Shown one piece after another: positions 1-9,257 of a stretch of DNA of 64,000 nucleotides. Source of the DNA: Eubacteriales bacterium (GTDB taxonomy: Bacteria > Bacillota > Clostridia > Oscillospirales > CAG-272). How positions within the stretch are numbered: the stretch's first letter is position 1; the number at the start of each line of letters is the position of its first letter. Position numbers and translations under genes: made by a program. Where the stretch lies: positions 5,453 through 69,452 of the forward strand of contig JAZRAE010000049.1 in the NCBI GenBank assembly GCA_045634385.1. The letters are read 5' to 3'. The notes under the pieces are model-generated. The model had not been told where the DNA came from and searched no databases. It worked only from the letters and a program-made list of their open reading frames with translations.

Positions 1-922
1 GATTTATCTCAGCTCGCAATATTGCAGCCCCTCTGAAGGAGCGCAGATAGAGTGCGATTTGTTTTCTCGCCTCGGGCACAGCAACCCGTTCTCCCTTGTC
101 TTCGATAGAGAGTTTCAGCTGCCAGAGGGCAACCCTAACCTTTTCTTCAAGGCTCGGCGGTATATATTCGCCGCCATTAAGCAAAGCGGTAATCTCCTTG
201 AAGATAAATGGATTGCCTACCGCACCTCTGCCAATGGCAATTCCATCGGCACCTGTGTGGTCAATCATAGATACCGCGTCGCTACCAGAAAGAATATCTC
301 CATTAGCAATAACAGGAATATGTACACTTTCCTTTACTTTTTTTATCGTTTCACGGTCAACAATGCCCGAATACATTTGCACTCTCGTTCTACCGTGAAC
401 AGTAATCATCTCTGCCCCGCCCGCCTCTGCGGCAAGGGCACATTCGATAGCATTTATAGATTCAGGATTAACTCCCGTTCGGTGCTTAACGGTGACGGGC
501 AGATCTGTATTTTCCTTAACCGAGCGCACTATCCTATATATTAGATTTGGATCGCGCATAAGAGCCGATCCCTCACCGTTTGAGAAAATCTTATTAACAG
601 GACATCCCATATTGATATCGATAGCCGACGGGAGAACATATTCATCACCCCAATCTCTTTTTGAAAGGATGTCTGCGGCTCGCCCCATAACGTCGGGGTC
701 GCTACCGAATATCTGTAGTGCAACCGGCCCTTCGTCAGCCTTTATTTTAGCTAAAGTAAATGTTTTTTTGTCACCAAAAGTCACAGCCTTGGCGCTTATC
801 ATCTCGGTTACCGAATACTCGGCGCCCATTTCGTGACAGACACGGCGCATAGCTCTGTCGGAAAACCCCGCCATAGGTGCTAAAAATATACCGTGTCGAA
901 GTTCAATATTGCCGATTTTCAT
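1..922 (-). CDS. dus: tRNA-dihydrouridine synthase (DusB-like); the 3' end runs off the left edge of the window
   Basis: Absent from the ORF track because there is no stop codon inside the window. My own minus-strand translation from the ATG at 922 gives MKIGNIELRHGIFLAPMAGFSDRAMRRVCHEMGAEY...IDINMGCPVNKI...ITVHGRTR...VIANGDI, which is a Dus FMN TIM-barrel signature. The + strand ORFs 59..836 are antisense shadows of this gene. Confidence 0.85.
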   Translation of the reverse strand, partial: MKIGNIELRHGIFLAPMAGFSDRAMRRVCHEMGAEYSVTEMISAKAVTFGDKKTFTLAKIKADEGPVALQIFGSDPDVMGRAADILSKRDWGDEYVLPSAIDINMGCPVNKIFSNGEGSALMRDPNLIYRIVRSVKENTDLPVTVKHRTGVNPESINAIECALAAEAGGAEMITVHGRTRVQMYSGIVDRETIKKVKESVHIPVIANGDILSGSDAVSMIDHTGADGIAIGRGAVGNPFIFKEITALLNGGEYIPPSLEEKVRVALWQLKLSIEDKGERVAVPEARKQIALYLRSFRGAAILRAEIN

Positions 923-1434
923 CTTACAAGGTTAATGACCGCTGCCAACATATCTCCGCTCGGAAACGAGGTCGAAAAGCTCGGGTCTAAAATTCCCATC
1001 GCTGTAGTTACAAACAAAAGTATGAAGCTGAGCAAAACTATAGCCGCACCCACGATTGCGGAAATTCCGCACACCTTGGCGTACTCTTTATAGGGTGCAT
1101 CATCTTTCCATAAAAGCCAAAGTGCAAGACCAAGAATGGGCATGCTGACGCAAGCGCTCGCAAGAGCACCCTTTGCAGCTGAACGCGCCTTGCCCGGCTG
1201 TGTATATCTCCAGAGAAACCATAAAATGAGTCCCGCTTGCCAACACATAAAGGAGATTACCGCAACAAGCGTGCTCCCCTCTGTATGATATTCCGGAGTG
1301 GTGTTTCCGGGATTATATCTGTCAAACGGATTGGTATTGAAGTGCGGATTGTCACCGCTTACTCGCGCACCGCAATTTGAGCAAAATATAGCGTTTTCAT
1401 CAATTTGTCTTCCGCAATATTTACAGAATTTCAT
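919..1434 (-). CDS. zinc-ribbon domain membrane protein (function unknown)
   Basis: Start moved to MKFCKYCGRQIDENAIFCSNCGARV, which is preceded by AAAGGAGAAAAG. The N-terminus is a CxxC...CxxC zinc ribbon, followed by about 4 hydrophobic segments. The stop overlaps the dus start by 4 nt. Confidence 0.6.
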   Translation of the reverse strand: MKFCKYCGRQIDENAIFCSNCGARVSGDNPHFNTNPFDRYNPGNTTPEYHTEGSTLVAVISFMCWQAGLILWFLWRYTQPGKARSAAKGALASACVSMPILGLALWLLWKDDAPYKEYAKVCGISAIVGAAIVLLSFILLFVTTAMGILDPSFSTSFPSGDMLAAVINLVR

Positions 1435-1492
1435 CTTTTCTCCTTTTAGAATAAGGCGGTAAAACAGACATTTACCCACCATGCGTGTAAAA

Positions 1493-2353
1493 TTATTTGG
1501 TTGATATTTGGTTAATAACCGTTATTTTTGAATAGTCGATTAGGTCTTGGTCTGCCGATAGTGAGCCAAGCCTTACCGTTTTATTTTCTCCGTGGTAATC
1601 ACTTCCTCCGGAGACGAGCATACCTTTTCTCTCGGCGAGAGATATAAGTAATTCAGACTCCTCCGTACTGTATCTCGAATACAGAGATTCGACACCCAAA
1701 AGTCCCATTGACTCAAGAATACCAACACGCCGGAACAGTTCATCATTAGTAATCCGCGGTTCTCTTTCGCCACCAAGCGGATGCGCATAAACAGGTATAC
1801 CTCCCGCAGCCAAAATAGCTTCTATTGCCTCGCGAGCATCTATCCTGTCATCCGGAAATCCACCAACCTTCAGATATTTATCAAAAGCATCCGCCACATC
1901 CGCCGCAAGACCATGCTTAATTATCAAGCGTGCCAGATGAGGACGCGCAACCGAGTTTAAAGAACGAAGCCACTCTATCTCGTCCTCGGTAAATTCTATA
2001 CCGAATCTCTCCTTCAAATACACAAGGCGTAGCTCAAGCTTATATAATCGCATCTGTCTGCCATGGTCGATAGCACCGAGAATCGATGGATGCTCAGGAT
2101 CAAATCCATATCCGAGGATATGACATTCAAAGCCGTCATCCCCTTCCGTTTTACAGGAAAATTCTATACCCGTGATGACTTTTATGCCATCATACGGCAA
2201 GGATATCGCCTCGAGCGAACCGGCGATGGTATCGTGATCCGTAATAGCAATTACTTCAAGTCCGGCTTTCTTTGCCTTATCGATCAACTCTCTCGGCGAG
2301 TCCGAACCATCGGATGCGGTCGTATGCAAATGAAGGTCTATTCCCTTATACAT
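1493..2353 (-). CDS. PHP-domain phosphoesterase (TrpH/YciV-like)
   Basis: MYKGIDLHLHTTASDGS...IAITDHDT...GGSDYHG are PHP metal-binding His/Asp motifs. The internal Met was chosen as the start because the longer ORF overlaps the upstream gene. Confidence 0.8.
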   Translation of the reverse strand: MYKGIDLHLHTTASDGSDSPRELIDKAKKAGLEVIAITDHDTIAGSLEAISLPYDGIKVITGIEFSCKTEGDDGFECHILGYGFDPEHPSILGAIDHGRQMRLYKLELRLVYLKERFGIEFTEDEIEWLRSLNSVARPHLARLIIKHGLAADVADAFDKYLKVGGFPDDRIDAREAIEAILAAGGIPVYAHPLGGEREPRITNDELFRRVGILESMGLLGVESLYSRYSTEESELLISLAERKGMLVSGGSDYHGENKTVRLGSLSADQDLIDYSKITVINQISTK

Positions 2354-3683
2354 TTTCTTTTTTCTCATCATCGAGCTTGCAGAGCAACCATACGCATCCG
2401 ATAAGAATGCAGGCAATTAATGCGCCGGCAAGGAAGATTTCGGGAGCGGGTATATATTCGGTAGTCATAGCATCCGCACCTGCGTTTTCAAGAGGAACGT
2501 TTCTCGCCTTGTTGATCGCATTACCTATCATAGGTCCAACGATCATAGGAATAAGAACGCTAAATACCATTCTTACACCCTGCAATTTACCCGCAGACTC
2601 AGAGGGCGTGTGATCTCTTACGATAGCTCCGGAAAGCGCGGACACGAATATATATCCCGTAATCATAACAAAGCCCGCCAAACCAAAGAGAATAAGATTG
2701 GCAATGTGTCCCATTCCCTTCGCAAGATACATAGCGAAAAGTCCTACGGCAAATACGGAGGATGCAACGTAAAGGAGCTTCTTCTTATTCATCCTGTCAG
2801 AAAGTCTGCCAAGGAATACGTTGATTACCGCGCCAAGTGCGATCGCAACACCAAAGACAATGCTGTACTCTACTACGCTGAAGCTGAGATATGTCTTCAT
2901 ATAAATGATGAGATAAGGCATAAATATCTGACAAGCGATGCCGTAAACAACAACTACGATAAAAGCTGTATAAAGGCTCTTGTTACCCTTGATAACCGAG
3001 GGCTTAAAGCCATAGAAAATATCTTTCAATGTACCGTTCTTTTCAAGCTCATCACTATCCTTTATTATGAATATACCAACAATACCACATGCAGATATTA
3101 CGATGCCGAGAAGAAGAAATACTATCGAATATCCGCCGAGAATATCAACGAGAATTCCAAATCCGCCCGCAACTATAAGCATTGCAACGAGCGGAAGAAT
3201 GGCAATTACGCCCTCAACCGTGCCTCGGTAAGATGACTCGGTATTATCTGTTACCCAGGCATTAAAACAAGCGTCGTTTGCAGTCGAACCAAACAGCGTC
3301 ATAATGCAGTCACCAACGATTACAGCGGTCAGAGTTATAGATACCGCTCTCTCAAGCCCCACACCAAAAAGACTCATTGTCAACGAGGGTGAAAGATAGC
3401 CGAAAATTGCCACGGTTACGCCCCAAATGGCATATCCGATCGAAATAAATTTACTTCTGTTTCCAACCTTATCAGAAATAGCACCCGCAATAAGGGTAGC
3501 TATAGTTGCCATAACACCGCTGAGCTGAACCATAAGCGTGATAGCATCGAGGTCGGGGGCAACCGTGTCAAATACAAAGAGATTGAAATACATATTTTCA
3601 ACACTCCAAGCAAGCTGACCGACAAGACCGAACAATATCAGTACGATCCAATTATTTTTTCCAAACGTCTGTCTGTCTTTCAT
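2346..3683 (-). CDS. MFS transporter
   Basis: 445 aa with about 12 hydrophobic helices, typical MFS loop 2-3 (GAISDKVGNR) and loop 8-9 (GRLSDRMNKKK) motifs, and RBS CAGGAG. Confidence 0.8.
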   Translation of the reverse strand: MKDRQTFGKNNWIVLILFGLVGQLAWSVENMYFNLFVFDTVAPDLDAITLMVQLSGVMATIATLIAGAISDKVGNRSKFISIGYAIWGVTVAIFGYLSPSLTMSLFGVGLERAVSITLTAVIVGDCIMTLFGSTANDACFNAWVTDNTESSYRGTVEGVIAILPLVAMLIVAGGFGILVDILGGYSIVFLLLGIVISACGIVGIFIIKDSDELEKNGTLKDIFYGFKPSVIKGNKSLYTAFIVVVVYGIACQIFMPYLIIYMKTYLSFSVVEYSIVFGVAIALGAVINVFLGRLSDRMNKKKLLYVASSVFAVGLFAMYLAKGMGHIANLILFGLAGFVMITGYIFVSALSGAIVRDHTPSESAGKLQGVRMVFSVLIPMIVGPMIGNAINKARNVPLENAGADAMTTEYIPAPEIFLAGALIACILIGCVWLLCKLDDEKKENV

Positions 3684-3697
3684 AACAATCTCCTGTT

Positions 3698-4102
3698 TTA
3701 CTTGTTTTCAGATGAGTCATCTTCATCCTCATCCTCACCATCAAGAATGTCGTCCAATTCATCGTCGAACTCGTCATCATCTTCATTGGAAAGTTCATCT
3801 TCATATTCATCAAGAAGGCTCTCGTATATGTCGAATACCTGACCGATAATTTCATCATCGGAAACAATTTGTAAGGTCTTTTTATTATTATCGGAAATAT
3901 CGATGGAGAACACTATCCCTTCATCCTGTCCGATATCATCGTTGGGATTTGCAAGGCAGAGAATCGTGTACAGCTTACCTTCAAGGGGTATAAGTGCAAC
4001 CTGCTCAAACTCGGTTGGAACGCCCTTCTCGTTGTAAAGAACTATGTTGTCATTATTATTTTCGTCAAAAAGCTTATCAATAGCAGATGCGTGGTTTTCC
4101 AT
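3698..4102 (-). CDS. DUF1292 family protein with a poly-acidic C-terminal tail
   Basis: The core ...NIVLYNEKGVPTEFEQVALIPLEGKLYTIL... resembles DUF1292. The tail is EYEDELSNEDDDEFDDELDDILDGEDEDEDD. RBS is AAGGAG. Confidence 0.7.
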   Translation of the reverse strand: MENHASAIDKLFDENNNDNIVLYNEKGVPTEFEQVALIPLEGKLYTILCLANPNDDIGQDEGIVFSIDISDNNKKTLQIVSDDEIIGQVFDIYESLLDEYEDELSNEDDDEFDDELDDILDGEDEDEDDSSENK

Positions 4103-4113
4103 TTTTACTCTCC

Positions 4114-5916
4114 TTAATTATTTTTTTCGTAGATCTCACGGAACTGACGTACGCAGTCGGCAAAGTCCTCGATCGCGCCTGTAATCACCTCCGGCTTTGT
4201 CATATCAATGCCCGCAACGAGCAGACTGTCAAGGGGAGACTTGGCATTACCGCACTTAAGGAAGTCGATATACTGGGAAACGTATGCCTCTCCCTCATTC
4301 TCTATTCTCTTAACTATAGCGGAAGCCGCAGAGATACAGGTGGAGTACTTATAAACGTAGAAGCAGGTGTAGAAGTGAGGAATTCTCATCCATTCATAAG
4401 CAATCTGCTTATCAACGGCAACATCCTTGCCAAAGTAACGTTTAACGAGCTTATAGTATTTCTGATTGATAACCTGTGCAGTAAGAGGCTCACCCTTTTC
4501 AACGAGAGCGTGCATATCTCTCTCGAACTCCGCAAACATCGTCTGACGGTAAAGCGTTCCCTTATAGGTCTCCATAAGCTCATTGAGAATATAGAGCTTC
4601 TCGGTATCATTTTTGGATTCGCGCAGCTTCTTATGAGCCATAAGCAACTCGTTTACCGTAGATGCAACCTCTGCAACAAATATACGGTAACTGGAGTTAT
4701 GAGGCTCATTGTACTTGATGGAGAAGTAAGAATGCATCGAGTGGCCTGCCTCGTGAGCAAGCGTTGAAACATTATCAAACGTGCCGTTGAAGTTGAGAAG
4801 GATGTAAGGCTCTGTACCGGGGCATCCCGAAGAGAATGCTCCGCCTCTCTTGCCCTTTGTGGGATAAACGTCTACCCATCCCTTTTCTGTAAGTCCCGCT
4901 TTGAGGGCGTTGTAATACTCATCGCCAAACACCTCTACAGCCGCGAGTGTTTCTTCAACCGCTTCTTCATAGGTATATTTCTTATCAAGCTCCGAGATAA
5001 GGGGCGCATATACGTCATAAAGATGAAGCTTATCTACGCCGAGAACACGTCTTTTCAGCTCATAGTAATCATAAAGGGGCTGCAGTCCCTTGTTTACTGA
5101 TGCAATGAGGTTGTTGTAAATAACAGGTGTTACCTCATCGGAGAATGTATAAGATTCAATAGAACTATTGAAGTTTCTCGCCTTGGCAAGTGTTGTCTTT
5201 TCCTTTATGTGATTGGAATAAAGAGAAGCAAAGGTATTACCAAACTGTTCGTAGGTCTTGTATAGAGTGCGGAACGCGGCCTGACGGACACGTCTGTCCT
5301 GACTCATAAGGAACGGAACATAATTGGTATCGGTAAGTTCAACTTGCTTTCCGTCCTCACCCTTAATTTTGCCGAATTTAAGATCAGCATTGGCAAACAG
5401 ACTGCGTGTCTGGCTGTTGCCGCCAAGGAAGTCTTCCATCTTCGACATAAGCTGCTCGCACTCATCGGATAGAGTGTGCGCTTTATATCTGACAATAAGA
5501 TCTACAGTACGGCGGAATGTCTCAAGGTCCGGATACTCCAAAAACCACTTATCAAGTGTTTCTTTCTCCACTCTTAAGAGGTAGGGGGAAACAAACCATG
5601 ATACCGTACCCGCCATAACAGCGAGATTTCTTACTCTGCCGTCAAGTGCCTGATATGCATTATTTGTGGTCTCAACAGAGAAGTTGAGTGAGGCATACTG
5701 CCAGAGTCTTTCAATAACCGACTCAATGTCCGTCATATCCTTAAGCGCATTATAAAGGCCTTCTGCACTCGAGATAATAGTCTTCTCATGTGCTGCGAAT
5801 GCCTTGATCATCTTTTCAGCCTTAGCGTAGTCCTCAAAGAACGCCGCCTCATCCTTGTATATTACCGACAAATCCCATTTGTACTTTTGTTCAATATCTT
5901 TTCTTTCAAGTGCCAT
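4114..5916 (-). CDS. pepF: oligoendopeptidase F (M3B metallopeptidase)
   Basis: 600 aa with the HEXXH zinc motif TLAHEAGHSMHSYFS and PepF-like sequence throughout. Confidence 0.9.
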   Translation of the reverse strand: MALERKDIEQKYKWDLSVIYKDEAAFFEDYAKAEKMIKAFAAHEKTIISSAEGLYNALKDMTDIESVIERLWQYASLNFSVETTNNAYQALDGRVRNLAVMAGTVSWFVSPYLLRVEKETLDKWFLEYPDLETFRRTVDLIVRYKAHTLSDECEQLMSKMEDFLGGNSQTRSLFANADLKFGKIKGEDGKQVELTDTNYVPFLMSQDRRVRQAAFRTLYKTYEQFGNTFASLYSNHIKEKTTLAKARNFNSSIESYTFSDEVTPVIYNNLIASVNKGLQPLYDYYELKRRVLGVDKLHLYDVYAPLISELDKKYTYEEAVEETLAAVEVFGDEYYNALKAGLTEKGWVDVYPTKGKRGGAFSSGCPGTEPYILLNFNGTFDNVSTLAHEAGHSMHSYFSIKYNEPHNSSYRIFVAEVASTVNELLMAHKKLRESKNDTEKLYILNELMETYKGTLYRQTMFAEFERDMHALVEKGEPLTAQVINQKYYKLVKRYFGKDVAVDKQIAYEWMRIPHFYTCFYVYKYSTCISAASAIVKRIENEGEAYVSQYIDFLKCGNAKSPLDSLLVAGIDMTKPEVITGAIEDFADCVRQFREIYEKNN

Positions 5917-6126
5917 AATTTTAAAATCTCCTTTTGATTTTTTCTTTATTTTATCATACTTTCGTATTTTTTACAATAGATTTTAAAATTTTTACGAATT
6001 GTTTGATTTTTATTTTCAAAAAAGAAAATTTTACCATATTTACAAAAATTATTATAAATATAATAAAAATGTTCATAATTATATGTTATAATCGATTTGT
6101 AAAATGTAAAAAGGATTTTTAATGCT

Positions 6127-9048
6127 ATGTTGAATTTGAAATCAATCAAGAAAGATTATGTAACCTCCTCAGAGATTGTTCATGCCTTGAAGGGAGTTTC
6201 TATTTCTTTCAGAACAACCGAGTTTGTTTCAATTTTAGGTCCTTCCGGCTGTGGAAAGACAACTTTACTTAACATTATCGGCGGTTTGGATCATTATTCC
6301 GACGGCGATTTATTAATCGGCGGCCGAAGCACCAAGGAATACACCGACAAGGATTGGGACGTGTACCGCAATCATAAGGTAGGATTTATATTCCAAAGCT
6401 ACAATCTCATTCCTCACCAAACCGTGCTTGGTAATGTTGAACTTGCCTTAACAATTGCGGGAATTGAAAAGGAAGAAAGAGTCAGACGTGCAAAAATTGC
6501 ACTCGACAGAGTTGGTCTTTCCGATCAGTACTACAAGAAACCGAATCAGCTCTCCGGCGGTCAATGTCAGAGAGTGGCTATCGCAAGAGCGCTTGTAAAC
6601 GATCCCGAAATACTCCTCGCTGACGAGCCAACCGGTGCCCTTGATACCGTTACCTCGGTGCAGATAATGGATCTCATTAAGGAAATTTCCGAAGAAAGAC
6701 TTGTTGTTATGGTAACACATAACCCCGATCTTGCAGAACAGTATTCTACGAGAATAGTAAGGCTTCTCGACGGTGAGATCATAGAGGATTCCAATCCTAT
6801 GACCAATGAAGAAATTGAAGCCGAGCTCAAAGCCGAGGAAGAATCAAGATTAGCAGATGAAGAGGCAGAAAAAGCCCTTTTCAATACAGAAAACAAAACC
6901 GCGAAGGACAGGATCAAACAGGTTGGCGCAAGAATTAAGAACAAGCGACTCAAGAAAACAAAAATGTCTTTCTTTACCTCGTTTATGCTCTCTGCGAAAA
7001 ACCTTTGGTCAAAGAGAGGAAGAACTGCGCTCGTCGGTTTTGCGGGTTCGATCGGCATCTTCGGTATCGCTATGGTTCTCGCCTTTTCCGCAGGTATTAA
7101 GGGATATGTTGCATCTATGCAGGACGACATGCTCTCAGGCAACCCCATTTTAATCTCAAGCACAGCCTATGACTTTGATATTATTTCGGATATGATGAAC
7201 GATGTTCTCGATTCGGATGACGAAAAGGAACCTTATAAGGTATATATCGATTCGCTTATAGAGTATATTGCGAAGATGGACAAATACTCAACCTCGTTCT
7301 TCATTCAGAACAATCTTACCCAGGAGTATACAGATTACGTCAAAGCCATGCCCAAGGAATATTACAACGCGATGACGTTTAATTACGGCATAGATCCCAC
7401 ATATTCGATCTTCACAAACTTCACTCACTCTACACCGGGTGGTAATACGGCAACCTCACGCATATCAATCGCTGCCTTGACCGATATCTACACCTCGGTT
7501 CTTAAAGAAACCGCATACGGTGATTACTCCTCATATATAACTCAGCTCGTCCCCACCTTCAGCCAAGCACCTAATGATGCCGAGTACATACGCTCTCAAT
7601 ATGAAGTCTACGGAGAGATCGCCGATGATGTCGATGAGGTAATGCTTGTGCTGTCAAAAAACCAAGAGATCTCCGATGTGCTCCTTGCACGACTCGGCAT
7701 ATATACCGAAGCGGAGTTCTACAATTTAGTCTACAAGACAGCAATTAACGACGTGCCAAAGGAAGGAGAAGAAACCGTTCCGGAAGTTGAGCTTATGAAG
7801 GATCTTTACGATCCCTCACTCGACATTGAATACTTTGACTATGCGGACCTTCTATCGGGAAAATACACCTTCACTTGGTATCCCAACGATGCCTTATTCA
7901 ACACTAATCAAGGTGTGAGCGCATCCCTTTCTCCTTTCTCATACAACCACAATGCAAATACCATTACCGAAGAAGGTATTGATCTGAAAATCTCCGGTAT
8001 ACTTATACCAAATGAGAATTACAATTTCGGATGTCTTTCCTCGGGCATCTATTACACCGAAGCACTGACCAACCATATTCTCGAGACAAACGCAAATAGT
8101 GAGATTGTTAATTACGTAAGAGAAAATGGATCTATCCCCTCCTTCATGTCAAGCGGTATACCCGTAGGCGTGTATTACAAATACACTTACAAGCACTTCT
8201 TCCCGAAGACTCTCGAGAACGGTACTACCGAATTATTTGGCGAAACCTACGGTCTTCTCGGTAGTTCCTTCAGCCTTGATGATGCTATGGAATCAATGGG
8301 AAGCATATTAGGTAACTCCGGCAACGGCTCCACATCCGAAGGGGCAGGTTCAAACGGAGGAACGGGATTGGGATCTGCCGGATCAAGCGTAGATGTTTCT
8401 GCTCTTGCGAATATGCGAACAATTTCTCTGCGTATGATAGGCGGAGATACGGTTGCAAGCAGCATGTACATTTACCCCTTGAGCTTCGACTCAAAGGATC
8501 TTGTCACCGCATATCTTGATGCCTGGAACGGTGACGGAACAATAACTGTAGGAGGCATAGAATATACCGCAACCGAACGTAACAGCATAAAATACAACGA
8601 CACCCTTGAGCTTATAATCAATATGGTAAATACAATGATCGACATCATCTCGTATGCCCTGATCGCCTTTACATCGGTATCGCTTATCGTTTCTACCGTT
8701 ATGATAGGTATAATTACCTATGTATCGGTAGTTGAAAGAATCAAGGAGATCGGCGTCATACGTTCACTCGGAGGACGCAAGAGAGATATCAGACATCTCT
8801 TCAATGCAGAAACGTTCATCATTGGATCACTCGCAGGTTTGATAGGTATAATAGCGACGTATATTATCACATCAATTTTAAGCGCAGGACTTGCGCCCTT
8901 AATTCACTATTCGCCTATTGCATTCCTTCCTGTAGGTAACTCACTTCTACTCATTCTTCTGAGCGTAGCTCTGACTCTCATCTCGGGACTTATCCCCGCA
9001 TCAAGTGCAGCAAAGAAAGACCCCGTTGTAGCACTTAGAACAGAATAA
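6127..9048 (+). CDS. MacB-type fused ABC transporter (N-terminal ATPase plus FtsX-family permease with a very large extracytoplasmic domain)
   Basis: Walker A GPSGCGKTT, signature LSGGQCQR, Walker B ILLADEPT. TM1 is at about aa 300, followed by a roughly 510-aa non-hydrophobic domain. The C-terminal FtsX block is VERIKEIGVIRSLGGRKRDI plus 3 TM segments. Confidence 0.85.
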   Translation: MLNLKSIKKDYVTSSEIVHALKGVSISFRTTEFVSILGPSGCGKTTLLNIIGGLDHYSDGDLLIGGRSTKEYTDKDWDVYRNHKVGFIFQSYNLIPHQTVLGNVELALTIAGIEKEERVRRAKIALDRVGLSDQYYKKPNQLSGGQCQRVAIARALVNDPEILLADEPTGALDTVTSVQIMDLIKEISEERLVVMVTHNPDLAEQYSTRIVRLLDGEIIEDSNPMTNEEIEAELKAEEESRLADEEAEKALFNTENKTAKDRIKQVGARIKNKRLKKTKMSFFTSFMLSAKNLWSKRGRTALVGFAGSIGIFGIAMVLAFSAGIKGYVASMQDDMLSGNPILISSTAYDFDIISDMMNDVLDSDDEKEPYKVYIDSLIEYIAKMDKYSTSFFIQNNLTQEYTDYVKAMPKEYYNAMTFNYGIDPTYSIFTNFTHSTPGGNTATSRISIAALTDIYTSVLKETAYGDYSSYITQLVPTFSQAPNDAEYIRSQYEVYGEIADDVDEVMLVLSKNQEISDVLLARLGIYTEAEFYNLVYKTAINDVPKEGEETVPEVELMKDLYDPSLDIEYFDYADLLSGKYTFTWYPNDALFNTNQGVSASLSPFSYNHNANTITEEGIDLKISGILIPNENYNFGCLSSGIYYTEALTNHILETNANSEIVNYVRENGSIPSFMSSGIPVGVYYKYTYKHFFPKTLENGTTELFGETYGLLGSSFSLDDAMESMGSILGNSGNGSTSEGAGSNGGTGLGSAGSSVDVSALANMRTISLRMIGGDTVASSMYIYPLSFDSKDLVTAYLDAWNGDGTITVGGIEYTATERNSIKYNDTLELIINMVNTMIDIISYALIAFTSVSLIVSTVMIGIITYVSVVERIKEIGVIRSLGGRKRDIRHLFNAETFIIGSLAGLIGIIATYIITSILSAGLAPLIHYSPIAFLPVGNSLLLILLSVALTLISGLIPASSAAKKDPVVALRTE

Positions 9049-9059
9049 TTCAACACGGT

Positions 9060-9091
9060 ACGGCACCTGCATTCGCGGGTGCCGTCTTTTT
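9060..9091 (+). terminator. rho-independent terminator after the ABC gene
   Basis: ACGGCACC-N10-GGTGCCGT followed by CTTTTT. Confidence 0.75.
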
Positions 9092-9190
9092 ATGTTCAAA
9101 AAAGCTGTCAGTATTCAAAAATAGCAGTTCACAATCTTAGCACGGGCAGAGTTCATTTATACTAAAAAACTTTTTGGCTTTGAGGGACGG

Positions 9191-9219
9191 TTGACTTTTC
9201 TTACGAATAATGATATACT
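9191..9219 (+). promoter_or_regulatory. sigma-A-type promoter of the GTPase-NYN gene
   Basis: TTGACT-N17-TATACT, about 39 nt upstream of the ATG. Confidence 0.5.
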
Positions 9220-9257
9220 GTTTAAGCAATGATTTTTCAAGAAACGGAGGTGCGCGA

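Noticed and set aside
59-836. Three + strand ORFs (161, 100 and 114 aa) at the left edge of the window.
   Set aside because: Their sequences are low-complexity and unrecognisable. The minus strand across the same span translates into an unmistakable Dus protein, so these are antisense shadows.
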